Shown here piece after piece: positions 28,169-42,644 of a stretch of DNA of 64,000 bases; the first letter of the stretch is position 1; each line of letters starts with the position of its first letter. Source of the stretch: Eledone cirrhosa (lineage: Eukaryota); contig OZ024746.1 of NCBI GenBank assembly GCA_964016885.1, positions 57,164,001 to 57,228,000 on the forward strand, in the 5' to 3' direction. Position numbers and translations under genes: made by a program. A model generated the notes under the pieces. The model did not search any database, was not told the DNA's origin, and worked only from the letters and a program-made list of their open reading frames with translations.

Positions 28169-28345
28169 TTGTTTCTACTTTAGGCACAAGGCAAGCAATT
28201 ACCCAGTGCATTACTGGTACTTTATGTTATCGACCCCGTAAGGATGAAAGGCAAAGTCAACCTCGGCCGGATTTGAACTCAGATCGTAAAGGGACGTAAC
28301 TATGCTGGAAAGCATGGCGTCCGACCCTCTACCGATACTGCCAAT
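28169..28345 (-). mobile_element. SINE family A
   Basis: tgtttctactttaggcacaagg...atcgaccccgtaaggatgaaaggcaaagtcaacctcggccggatttgaactcaga...ccgatactgccaat (B and A boxes on minus strand). Confidence 0.9.
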
Positions 28346-29361
28346 AAAAGAAATTATAATGCTTACGAGGACGAGTAGGGCAACGGTGATGATGATGGTG
28401 ATGGGGATAAGTATGTATTTCTTAAATTAGAACAATAGGGAATATTTTTGTTGTTGCCAGCAAGACTCTGATAATGATCAGTCCAGATGTGACCATCACC
28501 ACGTATCACACATACATTTTATAGGGCTACACAATCAAACATCTCTTTTAAAATGATTTAGTCGAAAGGTTTCTTCTATTATTTCTAACAGGGCATATTG
28601 CCTTGGTATATATCAAACTTATCTTCAGAAACCGCCTAGATTGAATTTTAAATTTATCCCGTCAGATAACCCGTCTAGTAATGTCGTTAAACTAATCGTC
28701 TTCACTTCTCCCAGCTACGCTAACTGGTCATATATATATACAGTAACTAACACATCTCTTAAAAACCTCTGTCGTTTCGAGAGACGTACGCTGACTAGCA
28801 TACGTCTCTCGTCCACATCATAAATTTTCCTGGTTAGTTTAAGGAGTATTGTTATATCGAAATATGTAGACTATTATTCAAGTCCTATATTGAACATTGT
28901 ATCTATAGATTCCACGTTCAAATCCCACATTAATACTTTTTGTCCAATCATAAAACTGTTATCAAGAAATAAACTCTTCCTGTGGTAAATTAGGGATAAA
29001 ATGCAATGCATATGTTGTCAAGATTTGAAGTCGGAATGTAACAGTTTATAATACAATAGAGCGAAGTATTCTATCAGTATTTTTTCAGATTGTCCCAAAC
29101 ATAAGTCTACGTAATCTAAAACATTGATTAACCAACAGCAAATACCGGAAGACTTACACTTTATACAACAATATACATCATTAGTGTAACTCTATTTGAT
29201 TGTTCGCTACCTCGAGATAGAGTTAAGTCGTACCATTACTGAAGAGTTCTCATCAATGTATTAGTTATTTGCTATTTACATACAAATCCCACACGATTAT
29301 GAGATACAATTAAATATATCTATGCATCTACCTATCTATCTACTCCCCTCTCAGTCTCTCT

Positions 29362-29398
<37 letters not shown>

Positions 29399-29472
29399 AT
29401 GCGTGGGGGTGTATGTGTGTGTGTATGTATGTGTGTATGTGTGTGTCTTTAAGTGTGTATGTATGACTCTCA

Positions 29473-29509
<37 letters not shown>

Positions 29510-30260
29510 CATACGTGTGTGTGTTTATATGTGTATTTTTGTGCATGTCTCTATGCGTGTGTTTGTGCAGCTATATCGCTATGATTCAAGAGGTATTTAA
29601 ATACAAAATTATATCGATCGTCAATTTTAATGCTGACATATTCTAAATTTCGCAAAAGGCTTTATTTATAATGTACTCATAAATGTAATCATATTATTTA
29701 GAAAACCATCTTATTTTCTGTGTACCAAGGATTCTCTCCACATCCATATCCAGAGTCTAATTCTCTAATACATCTGAAAGTTATGTAGAATCACAACTAT
29801 GTTAATCTAACAGAAGCTTAAGTCTGTAGATATGTTTATGTGTTTATTCTTTATAATATAATTTGATTCGGATGCCAACATTTCCTGTAAGGCCAGTATT
29901 TGCACGATTATATTGTTGGTTGTATTATAGCAGCACATGATTGATTTTAATAATTGTTTGTTTTCCCGTGAGAGATTCGGTATTTAAATATGAATGAGAA
30001 TTAGTAGCGGCCACATTTTTCGTTTACCGCTTTTAACATTAATAATTTTATCTAGATGAGGTTTCTCTACTTAATTTAACGATTTATGCAGCGTAGTGTA
30101 CTGCGTGTTATGTGTAAATGTATATGTCTAGACAGGGGTTAATGGATGTGTTTGATTTCAAAATGGTACGTTTTACTAACATTGATGTTACATTAATAGA
30201 TTCAATGCTATCCCTCTTTATATACATGCAAAACTTGATAGTTACAGGACGCTGAATTGC

Positions 30261-30304
<44 letters not shown>

Positions 30305-30312
30305 CATACACG

Positions 30313-30390
<78 letters not shown>

Positions 30391-30420
30391 GACATACACG
30401 CATACACACATATAGTTATA

Positions 30421-30477
<57 letters not shown>

Positions 30478-30480
<3 letters not shown>

Positions 30481-30563
30481 GACAGGGGGGAAGAAAAAAA
30501 TGGCTTCACTTGTGCTTTCAACAAGTGAAGCCATTTTTTTATTCCCCCCCCCCCCCTGTCTGA
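30478..30563. repeat. Approximately 85-bp palindrome within (TA)n tracts
   Basis: agacagggggaagaaaaaaatggcttcacttg-tgctttcaa-caagtgaagccattttttt..ccccctgtct. Confidence 0.9.
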
Positions 30564-30645
30564 ATATACCTAACTGTACCAAGGATTACACACATTTTCC
30601 AATATATATATATATATATATATAGACATGCAGGCATACAAATAT

Positions 30646-30733
<88 letters not shown>

Positions 30734-30948
30734 TATGTCCAAGTCAGGACAAAGCTTTGCAATAATTTTGCCCCGTAAATCGACATCAAATCTCGTTCTT
30801 CAGGTCTTTTCGACAAGTCTTAAATCAACAATACGATGTGTTGTCGTTCATGTATTTCTTAATGTTATTACTCAAACTTACGCTCGACTTCTAAATCAAT
30901 TGGGTCTTCCATAAACTATAACCTCGTAATGTTTCTCATCTATCTAGA

Positions 30949-33300
30949 CCTGGAAAGCCAAACATGCGGCCTGCGAGCTGCATGCCGCCCTTTGCAAGAA
31001 CACCTGCGGCCCGCACAAATGTTTTTACAGTGCGAACATATTTTATCTTCGTAATATAAAATGAAAAATATTTTCGATACGATTGTTTTTTCATGCGATT
31101 TTTGTCAACTACTTCTAACTTCCGACGAATCACGCTCAGCTCATTAACAGCTGTAAACAGAAAAGTTTCTTTCAAAATTTCTGGAGTATTTAAAAAAAAA
31201 AACGGATAGTGTTCCTCTAGCGAAGAGAAAAAGGATATTGAACAAGGAAGTGCGATTGTTTCAATAAAAGTGGGAATTACAGTATTTTTGAACAACGGTG
31301 AACGGAAAGATACACTGTTTAATTTGCAACAACTGCATCGCCACGCCAAAAGAGTATAATTTGAAAAGGCACTGTGAAACGAACCATCGATTTGACGTTA
31401 AAGATAAAGGCCCAATGCGTGTTTCATGACTCAAGGAATTGAAGGCTAACTTCACAAAGCAACAGAGCTGTTTTATGTAAATTCAGAAAGAGAATATCGT
31501 TTCCGTTACGGCAAGCGATGAACTCAGCCAAATGATCTAGATGAGTGGGAAATCTTAAAGTGAAAGAGATTTTGTAAAGCAATGCCTTGTAAAAACAGAT
31601 GAAATTGTATGTCCAGAGAAAGCACAATTATTCAAAAACATATCATTATCCAGGAACACTGTTGCTGAACGGATTGATAAAATGTCAGGTGATCTGAAAC
31701 AATAGTTCATGGCTGATTCATCAAGGTTGGAACATTTTTCTATTGCTATTGATGAGACCGTTGACATCACTGGAATAGCACAGTTTGCATACTTCATCAG
31801 GGCCTGTGACAGTGAATTTATTTTTTATGAAGAAATGATTCCATGCATGACACTATAACAAGCCAGGATACCTTTGAGAAGGTCGAGCAGGTTCTGCATG
31901 ACTATGGCTTTGATTTGAGCAAATTTGCATGTTCAGTTACTGACGGTGCTGCGAATATTGTTGGCAGACATAATGGTGTTAATGTCAAGTTACGAACGGA
32001 AATAGAAAACTCTCACACAGATTCATCATTTGCATATTTTCATTGTATTATTCATCAGCAAAATTTGTGTTCAAATATTTTAAAATTGTATCATGTGCTT
32101 AGCTTAGTCACAAAGACAATGAACTATATCAAAGGCCGTGCTCTGAACCACCGTCAGTTCAGCCAGTTGTTGAAAGATGTGGATGATCAGTTCACCGATT
32201 CTACACAGACGTCTGCTAGACAGAAGTCTGCTGCATGTCACAAAGCGCTGAAAAGATTCTATTTGTTGATTCGAGAAATAATTATGTTTTGGGAGAAGAA
32301 AGGTCACAACAGATGAAGTAAAATATGAAGATGGCTTCAAGATCTAGCTTTTGCTCTGGATATTACTGCACCATTACTTATCATATTTTGAAATGACAAG
32401 GTAAAAACAAACTCATCACTCAATTGTACGATGACATTATGTGCTTCATTAGAAAACTAAGCTTATGGAAGTCACAGTTGTCAAATGAAAATTTAGCTCA
32501 TTTTCCTACGTGCAAAGAGCTGAAAAGCACTGCCAATACTGATTCTGTACTTAGCTTTGCTAAGTATGAGAGTTATCTGAAATGTTTGTCAAAGGAATTT
32601 CAGGAAAGATTTTGTGATTTCTCATCTTTTGAACATCAGTTTGCATTATTCTCAGCATCATTCACCCTTGCTTGATGTTGCCAAGGCAGAAGAAGGTCTG
32701 TGGATGGAACTATTGTAAATGCAGACAGATTCTACAATCAGAGCAAAATATCTTGAAGTGAGGATACTGAGTTTCTTTTGATACCTTCCTGAAAAGTATT
32801 AAAACTTCAGAAAGTTTGCCACAAAGATTGTGCCATTGTTTGGTTCAATCTATGATTGTGATCAGACATTTTCCGTCATGGAATTAATAAAAACTGCTCT
32901 GAGAACAAGGCTGACTGATCAACACTTGCCATCTCTGATCAAAGTCGGTACTGTACAGACATTTCAGCCAAACATAAGAAAAATGATCAACAAAAGTTGT
33001 TGAATAGTAGCAAATAAATGTTCAGTTTTGAACTGTTGTAATTGTGTAATTGTTGTTGCAAGCTGCAAGTATGTGTTGCCATTTAAAATTTACATTTCTG
33101 TCAAACCACTTAATTTCTTTATATTCATAAATGCTACTAAAACATTTGTATGTACATTGTAGGTTTCTAAATATAAGTAACACATATTTCTGCAATACAT
33201 GTTATTAAATGACATTAATTAGTTGTAATGTGCACAATTAGTTGTCGTGTGCGGGCCTCAGACAACACATATGTGACCCATGCGCTCCTTGTGTGATCCT
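30949..33300 (+). mobile_element. Degraded hAT DNA transposon, Buster/Charlie (GTF2IRD2/SPIN-like) transposase
   Basis: Left end after tctaga with GCGGCC-type subterminal motifs. Peptides NISLSRNTVAERI, FSIAIDETVDITG, TDGAANIVG, HCIIHQQNLC, NHRQF, FGSIYDCDQTFS, RTRLTDQHL. Many stops. Right end approximate. Confidence 0.88.
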
Positions 33301-33594
33301 TTTTTATTTATTTATTTTTCTCTGTTAATATAAGCATTTTTTTAATTCATTTATACGTATGTGTACTTGTTATTATTCGTTTACATGTTCTCTCTCTCTC
33401 TCTGTATCTTTATATATACGTGTTTGTATAAATGTATAAGAGAATGTACCGCTGTTTTTACTTTTGTATATGACTATATACATGATGCTATGGTTATGTA
33501 TACGTACTTGTATGCATTTTTCTGTGGTTAAACCACGGTCTGTGTCTGTGCATGCAGACATATATAGGGAGATCAGATGCAGATAAACCTTGTA

Positions 33595-33855
<261 letters not shown>

Positions 33856-34689
33856 AACAATGTAGTGCTTATTCTTATAACTGACATAATAACGTCTCTG
33901 GTGATTGGCCAACCTGTCTTCTGCCTTCTTTAATATTCTCTAATACTATTTGAACTTAACATCTTCAACATTTGTACATTTATTATTAATGTATGGTCTT
34001 TCATGAATATTCACATGTCATGTCACTATTTTAATTTATCAAGCTATAAGAAGCTACTTACTTATATTACTAAATCTCTCCAAAGTATTTTTATTATTTT
34101 AAAAATGAATAATAGGTATTGGCTATTGAACATCATTTTGCATGATTATCACAGCACAACTCTCTGTCATGTCGAAAACATACGGTCGTGTCCCAACAGA
34201 CAATACAGTAAGGATAAAGAGAGAAGTTTGACATTCTCAGTTTATTTACGCTTTAGTTGTGAGTATGAATATAAAGTATCGAGGTGATATTAAAGTGTTA
34301 AAAGCGTCATCAAAAATGTAATGTAAAAGATTCTACCTCGTAGTGAACATAGTAAAATGTGCCTGATGAAAACCAAAAAGCACACGTACACACACACTCA
34401 CATGTGCGTGTGTGTGTGTGTGTGTTTTAAGGGCCCGTCTCTATCAGAAGTTGTTTGCTAAATGTCCTAATCATTGGAGTAATATTTGCTCTACAGGTTT
34501 ATATATAGTGTTCCGTAAAATATATATATATATATGTGTTTGTGTGTGTGATATATACGCTATGATGATTTCTCAAGAATGAAACAGTTCTAGTCCTGTA
34601 GAATCTCATCTATATTAAAACTGTTATACTCTGCTATGTATTGAATACCTTACTTACTGTGGTTACCTCCGATTCAACCCGGAATAATC

Positions 34690-34735
<46 letters not shown>

Positions 34736-34789
34736 TTGTGTATAATATATATGTGTGTGTAATGTATATATATATATATAAATATATAA

Positions 34790-37114
34790 ACGTTTGGAGT
34801 TAGAAGGCGAGAACAATGCAGGTAAGGATATAGAATATAAATACAAACACAAAAGATATTGCTGACAATTAGTCATTTACCCTAAATTTATTGAATATCC
34901 TTGATTTTCGAGATAATATCTATTCTTCGGAGGGAAGTAAAAGGGTAATCCAGTGTTCTAATTTGCTTGCCAAGTCATGCTGAGAGGAAATGGTATAGAA
35001 ATTCCATTCTATTTCTAATGTCAAAGAGTGAAGGTTAGGTGGATAAAGGGGTTGTCTCCCTTTAAATTGGTTTGGAAATGTATGTCTAAGTGTGTGTGGG
35101 AGAATACGGGACGGTGTAAGCATACGTGTGTGTGTGTGAGAGTGTGAGAGGATATGTTTATATGTAAATGTGGGGGCTAGATGCTCTATCATGTTAAAAC
35201 TGGTCTATGTGTGTGTATGTGTGTGTGTGTGAGAGACTAACTGAATGTGTAAAAGTGCGGGTCTGTGTGTGCGAGTGTGTGTGTGAGAGAGATGGTGCGT
35301 GGAGGTGTAAGTGTGGGGCTACGTGCTCTATCATATTAAAAATTGGGTTTTGAGTTCTAGTCTGTTATTGTTTGGTGGTCGTGTGTTGTCTATAATTAGT
35401 GCTTCTTTAATTTTAAGATTGCCGAGGTTTATTTCCTTAGCTTCTACCCTAACTGTTATGTTTTTGTCGGTGTTTTTGCATTTCACTAGATGTTTCTTAA
35501 ATGCGGAAGCGTTAGTGTTGAGGTGTTATTTTATTCTAATGTGAAGTGGTCTGGTGGTGCTACCTATGTAGACATTGCTGCATTTGTCGCACTCTAATCC
35601 GTATACGACGTAAGCCTCGTGTCGATGTGGCATTTGGCTAGCCTGCAGCGGCTGTCATGTTTGGTGGAGTCCCTTTTGGTTAGCTGTCCGCGTAGAGTAG
35701 GTCCTGAGTGGGCTAGCTGGATATCTATTCCCTCTCGTCAGATAGCTCTGCAGATGGCTGTTGTTGTTTCGTCACTGAAGGGGTGAGAGCTTCAGGAAGC
35801 AGGTGTTAGTGCCTCGGACGTGGTGTCCTCTGTTGTTTCTGGCACGGTTTGCGGTGGACCACGGGTATCTGTTCAGTTTAAGTACTTCCAGGACATGTGT
35901 GGTGTGTGTGTGCTGCTCTCTTGCGTCGGCGCATTTTTTCTGGATACGTGTAAGTTCGTTCCTTATGTATCCTAACTTAGCGCTGACTGGGAGGGTTGAT
36001 CTGAAATGTACGAACAGGTCGCTGCTGGTGGCTTTTTTATAGAAGCAGGTGTGGATGTCGCCTTCCTCTGTTACCATGTGTTCGATGTCCAATAGGGATA
36101 GGGATCCGCGGTCATATTTATACTGGCGTCCATGCTGGAGGATGTCGTGTATATTTTATCCGCTTCTTCACGGGATGATGTAAGGATGAGTATGTCATCT
36201 GCATATCAGGTGAAGAAGGTATAGGAATGGCAGGTGTTGAGGGATCGGCATTCCAGCTGGTTGATATAAGTGATGGCCAGCAGGCCCGATAGGTTGGATT
36301 ACATGGATAATCCTGTTGTCTGTCTGTCTGTATGTGTGTGGTGGAAGGTGAAGTACGTGTTGTCCACTGTGAAGGACAAAACCTGCTGTATGTCCGTCGA
36401 ATGGAGGACGTAGCAGTGACGTCTTCTGCGACCATGCCGTCCGTCAAAAAATCGACAGCTGGATGAGCGGGGACTGTTGTCTAGAGGGAGACAAAGTCGA
36501 GGCTAAAGTCGTATCTATTAAAATTAAGGTGTTCTGGCTGGAGTTGGTCTAGTCTACGTATGACCTCGTCGGAGCTACGGGGAAAGGTGGAGAGTAGAGG
36601 CTTGAGGACCTGGGAGAGGAGCCAGGATATTTTGTATAGGGGCCCTTCTATGCTAGAGACGATGGGTCTTATTTGTGTCTTAGTACTATTCTTGTGGGTC
36701 TTGATGAGGTAATACAAAGTGGGCAGTCTGCTATTTCTAGTGGTGTAATTGAACTTAAAATTATTTGGGAGTTATCTTCTACTACAGATGTCGGACCAGA
36801 TGGAGTTGGCCTGTCGATCTGGGCTGCAGTTATGTCCGGGACCTCTGTATACAGTTCGTTGTCACTTAAGTGTTCAAGGGCTAGGTGGTTGTATGTGGCT
36901 TGAGAGATGACACAAAACTCTGTACCTTTGTCGGATTGTAAGTATTTGAGTTCCTTATTCCGCAGGTTCTTTAGGGCGAGTTGTTACGTCCTGGAGAGGT
37001 TTAGGGCTATCTTCTTCTGTTTCCGTAAGATGTTAAATACGGAATGTTTTAGCTTCGAGAGTTTTTCTTCCAGCTCGCGGTTGGCAGGCGGTGGACAGAG
37101 TGGGCGATCCAGTT

Positions 37115-37116
<2 letters not shown>
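34790..37116 (-). mobile_element. 5'-truncated Penelope-like element (RT + GIY-YIG endonuclease), pseudogenised
   Basis: YYLIKTHK...IRPIVSS...YKISWLL, FSLDFVSL, RYADDIL (about 36190-36210), FYKKATSSDLFVHFRS, GIY-YIG VVYGLECDKCSNVYIGSTTRPLHIRIK (35530-35612). Both ends at (TA)n. Confidence 0.88.
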
Positions 37117-37171
<55 letters not shown>

Positions 37172-37239
37172 TATATATAATCATATATAATATAGATATA
37201 GATATATAGTTATATGTATATAATATATATATATGTGTA

Positions 37240-37283
<44 letters not shown>

Positions 37284-37320
37284 CATACATACATACATAT
37301 ATATATACATATACATACAT

Positions 37321-37350
<30 letters not shown>
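37117..37350. repeat. (TA)n-rich microsatellite
   Basis: Direct reading. Confidence 0.9.
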
Positions 37351-37351
<1 letters not shown>

Positions 37352-37916
37352 GAGGGAGAGAGATACATACATAGCATGTAACTCTGTATTATGTTATTCT
37401 GATTTTTATCTGATTCTGTTAAATTAAATCGGGATAAATATTCCTGACAACACGGAGTTTAATATCTTTGTACACGTTACTACAAAGCGATCAAAATAGA
37501 AAGTTTGTTTAATGGTTTTGGCAATTTACCAGTTGCTTTTGAAATTTAAAATATAGAAATCTACCAGACCGCCATGTTGCCGGTACGATGTTGGTGGTGT
37601 ACTATTGTATGCATCTATGGATATTACTGTTTGCCTCATACGAAACTGAAAATCGATATGTTTTTCCTCGTAGTCATTGATTTGAATTCTCGCCGAACTC
37701 TGTTCTGCAGACAGCCACATTTTATTTTTAAAGAAAAGAAAGAAGAAAGAATGAATGAACAAAGAAAACATAACAAACGTATTCACCCCCTCACTCTGCT
37801 TATATATATATATATATCCTTATTTCTCTTACACGCGTGCTTTCTCTAAAAGAATCCGTATCTTCTTCTTCTTACGTTCGTCTAAATTATCGTTTCTTCC
37901 GATAAAGGACTATAGT

Positions 37917-38702
<786 letters not shown>

Positions 38703-38718
38703 TATATATATATATATA

Positions 38719-39504
38719 AAAAATTAGAATTGGCGCTCTGAAATAGCTATATATATATACGAATGTATATATAGTGTATTTTGCAATACACTGTATGCTT
38801 AATTAAAAGCATTTCGGTTACCTTATGCTATTGTTTTAGAGCAGTGACTGTCTCACTTACTTTAAATTTTCAGCAAACAGGGGGAGATAATGTTGACAGA
38901 GCTATGTCTCGTACTGATTGATACTTATCAAAGCCAAGTACACCATGTGTTTGCTGAAAATCATGAATGTTTGATTCTTATAGAATATCTATTAATAATC
39001 AGGTGGGTTACTTGGCTTTGATAAGTACCAATCAGTACGAAACATAACTCTGTCAGCTTTATCTCCTCCTGTTTGCTGAAAATTTAAAGTAAGTGAGACT
39101 GTCACTACTCTAAAACAATAGCACAAGGTCTTCGAAATGCTTTTAATTAAGCATACAGTGTATTCCAAAATACACTATATATACATTCATATAATTATAG
39201 CTATTTCAGAGCGCCACTTATAATTTTCAATTTCTTCTTGACCGGCAAGCGCTCTGTATAATCAGTTCCTGATTATTTCTAGAAATTCTATAAGAATCAA
39301 ACATTCACGATTTTCAGCAAACATGTGGGGTACTTGGCTTTGATATGTAACAATCAGTTCGAAACATAGCTCTGTCAGCTTTATCTCCCCCCTGTTTGCT
39401 AAAAATTTAAAGTAAGTTATACTGTCACTACTCTAAAATAACATAAGGTCTCCGAAATGCTTTTGATTAAGCATACAGTGTATTGCAACATACACTATAT
39501 ATAC

Positions 39505-39507
<3 letters not shown>
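38719..39507. repeat. Approximately 220-285-bp unit: one forward and two inverted copies
   Basis: 38719-39003 is reverse-complementary to 39004-39227 and to 39268-39507. Confidence 0.9.
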
Positions 39508-39574
<67 letters not shown>

Positions 39575-39667
39575 TTATATATATATACATACATAGAGAG
39601 AGAGTGTGTTCTCAACCGGCCGGCATACCGCCTATGGGTGCATCTTAGCTACCATTAGACATATATT

Positions 39668-40395
<728 letters not shown>

Positions 40396-40462
40396 CACGG
40401 CTCAGAAATGTACCTTTCTTTGAGCTATTTAATTGTAAAAGACTATTTGAGTTTATAACTCC

Positions 40463-40564
<102 letters not shown>

Positions 40565-40609
40565 TGTGAAAGCAGCGATTCTTTGCTTCAACTTTAATCT
40601 GTTATTTTA

Positions 40610-40646
<37 letters not shown>

Positions 40647-41384
40647 CATGATAGAATTAGGATTTACCATCAGCCATAGCTGTATACAGATATGCATATA
40701 CATTTCGTAATTCTAAAGAAACACTCCATGTTTACAGGTGAACATTTAGAAAGTAGTAGCCATGCAAAAAACAGAGGGGCTAACGCTCTCTGGTGATGTC
40801 CCGCAGATGCAAGGGGGACAATCTTCGATTCATTTCGGACTTAATTGGTCGACTTGAAAACAGTCGAGAATATATATTTTTCTTGTCTGTGTAAATGAGC
40901 TGATTTATTTGTATATATATCTATCTACACATGTATAAATGCATCTTGTATATATTCATTTTTAGATGTATACATACATCAGCTGAAATGGACTGGCTCT
41001 GCATTGTGTTTGTATGTTTTACGTATATATAAATATGCATATGCGCTTGTGTGTTTAGTTGAATTTGACCCTTTAATCCAGTATTCATCCTTTCATAAGT
41101 ATCAATTATTTCTTCTGTAATAATTTCATCCGTGATCTCTCATTCCCAGGATACTCGGATTCACCGTGATTTACAATGATTCGTGGTTATGTATTAGTAA
41201 TACACGGAAAAAAAAAATATATATATATATATACACATACATACATGCACATATGTATATATGTACGAATGAATTCACCGAACATTTATTATAATGCTCA
41301 GTGTGTTTGTAAACAAACATCTCGAATAAAGCCGTACAGTGCCTAGCAACCATCATTGCTCATTAGTTCAACACTGACAAAGGA

Positions 41385-41427
41385 ACCCTGTACTAGTTTC
41401 AAACTTATTAACTATCGTCAGCAACGT
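41385..41427 (-). ncRNA. Minimal hammerhead ribozyme, copy 1 (more diverged)
   Basis: ACGTTG-CTGACGA-TAGTTAATAAGTTT-GAAA-CTAG-TA-CAGGGT. One helix I mismatch and G-U wobbles in helix II. Confidence 0.65.
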
Positions 41428-41818
41428 ATACCTTCCTGCCAGATGATTGAAGATCTGAAAGTATATACTTTCCTTATGCATATTAACGGCTGAGCAGCCT
41501 AATTTGCATATCGAGTGAGATAATCGGCCGGGCGCAGCGAAAACGATAAACGGAAAAAATGAAATGAAATTTCATTTCACACTCTTAGTACGGCTGTTAC
41601 TTAAATATAAGTATGTATACGTACATACATATATGTATACAGACGTACAGTAGTATGTATATATATATACATACATGCACACACATATATATATATGTAC
41701 GTATGGATTCACCGTACATTTATTATAATGCTCGGTGTGTTTGTAAGCAAACATCCCGAATTAAGCTGTACAGTGTCTAACAACCATCGTTGCTCATTTG
41801 TTCAACACTGACAAAGCA

Positions 41819-41861
41819 ACGCTGTACTAGTTTCAAGCTTATTAGCTATCGTCAGCAACGT
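41819..41861 (-). ncRNA. Minimal hammerhead ribozyme, copy 2
   Basis: ACGTTG-CTGACGA-T-AGCT-aata-AGCT-T-GAAA-CTAG-TA-CAGCGT. 6-bp helix I, intact core, palindromic CUAG helix III, GUA cleavage site. Confidence 0.8.
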
Positions 41862-42116
41862 ATACCTTCCTGCCAGATGATTGAACGTCTGAAAGTATAT
41901 ACTTTCCTTATGCATGTTAACGGATGAGCAGCCTAATTTGCATATCGAGTGAGTTAATCGGCCGGGCGCACCGAAAACGATAAACGGAAAAAATGAAACA
42001 AAGTTTCATTTCTCACCTCTTAGTACGGCTGTTACTTAAATATAAGTATGTATACGTACATACATTTATATATATAGACGTACAGTAATATGCATATATA
42101 TATATATATATACATG

Positions 42117-42155
<39 letters not shown>

Positions 42156-42273
42156 GTATGGTTTCACCGAACAATTATTATAATGCTCGGTGTGTTTGTA
42201 AAAAAACATCCCGACTTAAGCCGTACAGTGTCTAACAACCATCGTTGCTCATTTGTTCAACACTGACAACGGA

Positions 42274-42316
42274 ACGCTGTACTAGTTTCAAGCTTATTAG
42301 CTATCGTCAGCAACGT
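42274..42316 (-). ncRNA. Minimal hammerhead ribozyme, copy 3
   Basis: Same sequence as copy 2. Confidence 0.8.
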
Positions 42317-42404
42317 ATGCCTTAATCGTCATCATCATCATCATCATCAACATCATCATCATCATTATTTTCATTATTCTCCACCCATCACCTCCTCCTC
42401 CTCG

Positions 42405-42642
42405 TCGTCGTGAAAGCTCTAGTACTATGGGCATGTAGTTAGAATGTATCAGGAAAGAATACCAACAGAAACCCAATGGTAGATAGCCTGCAACAATCGT
42501 CAATAATATCAATGAGCTTCGCTTGGGGATCCAGTCGGATCAGTTGGAGACGGTTGCTTCTGACAGGACCCGCTTGAAGGAGCGTTTGAGGACTCTGTCA
42601 AGAAGAAGAAGAAGAAGAAGAAGAAGAAGAAGAAGAAGAAGA
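42405..42642 (+). mobile_element. 3' tail of an RTE-type LINE with (AAG)n tail
   Basis: GHVVRM..ERIP-like and QLETVASDRTR peptides typical of RTE C-termini, followed by about 14 AAG units. Confidence 0.6.
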
Positions 42643-42644
42643 AA

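Larger units (their letters stand above)
41216..42322 (-). mobile_element. Tandem array of about 2.5 units (434/455 bp), each with a hammerhead ribozyme: candidate non-LTR retrozyme
   Basis: Repeating blocks at 41385/41819/42274. Non-coding. Unit length differs mainly through an internal (TA)n. Confidence 0.8.

Noticed and set aside
27250-29280. Higher-complexity stretches that could be host exons or old transposons
   Set aside because: No sustained ORF, recognisable motif or convincing splice pattern by eye; BLASTX needed.
31843-32316. Domesticated GTF2IRD2/EPM2AIP1-like host gene
   Set aside because: Multiple stops and frameshifts plus transposon-like ends indicate a dead hAT element.
34358-34386. 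gtgc-CTGATGA...gcac
   Set aside because: No helix II, GAAA or UH triplet between the arms.
39010-39057. Hammerhead-like ttgataa-gtac-caatca-gtac-GAAA in the inverted unit
   Set aside because: All three copies lack CUGANGA, and no consistent helix I and cleavage triplet can be drawn.
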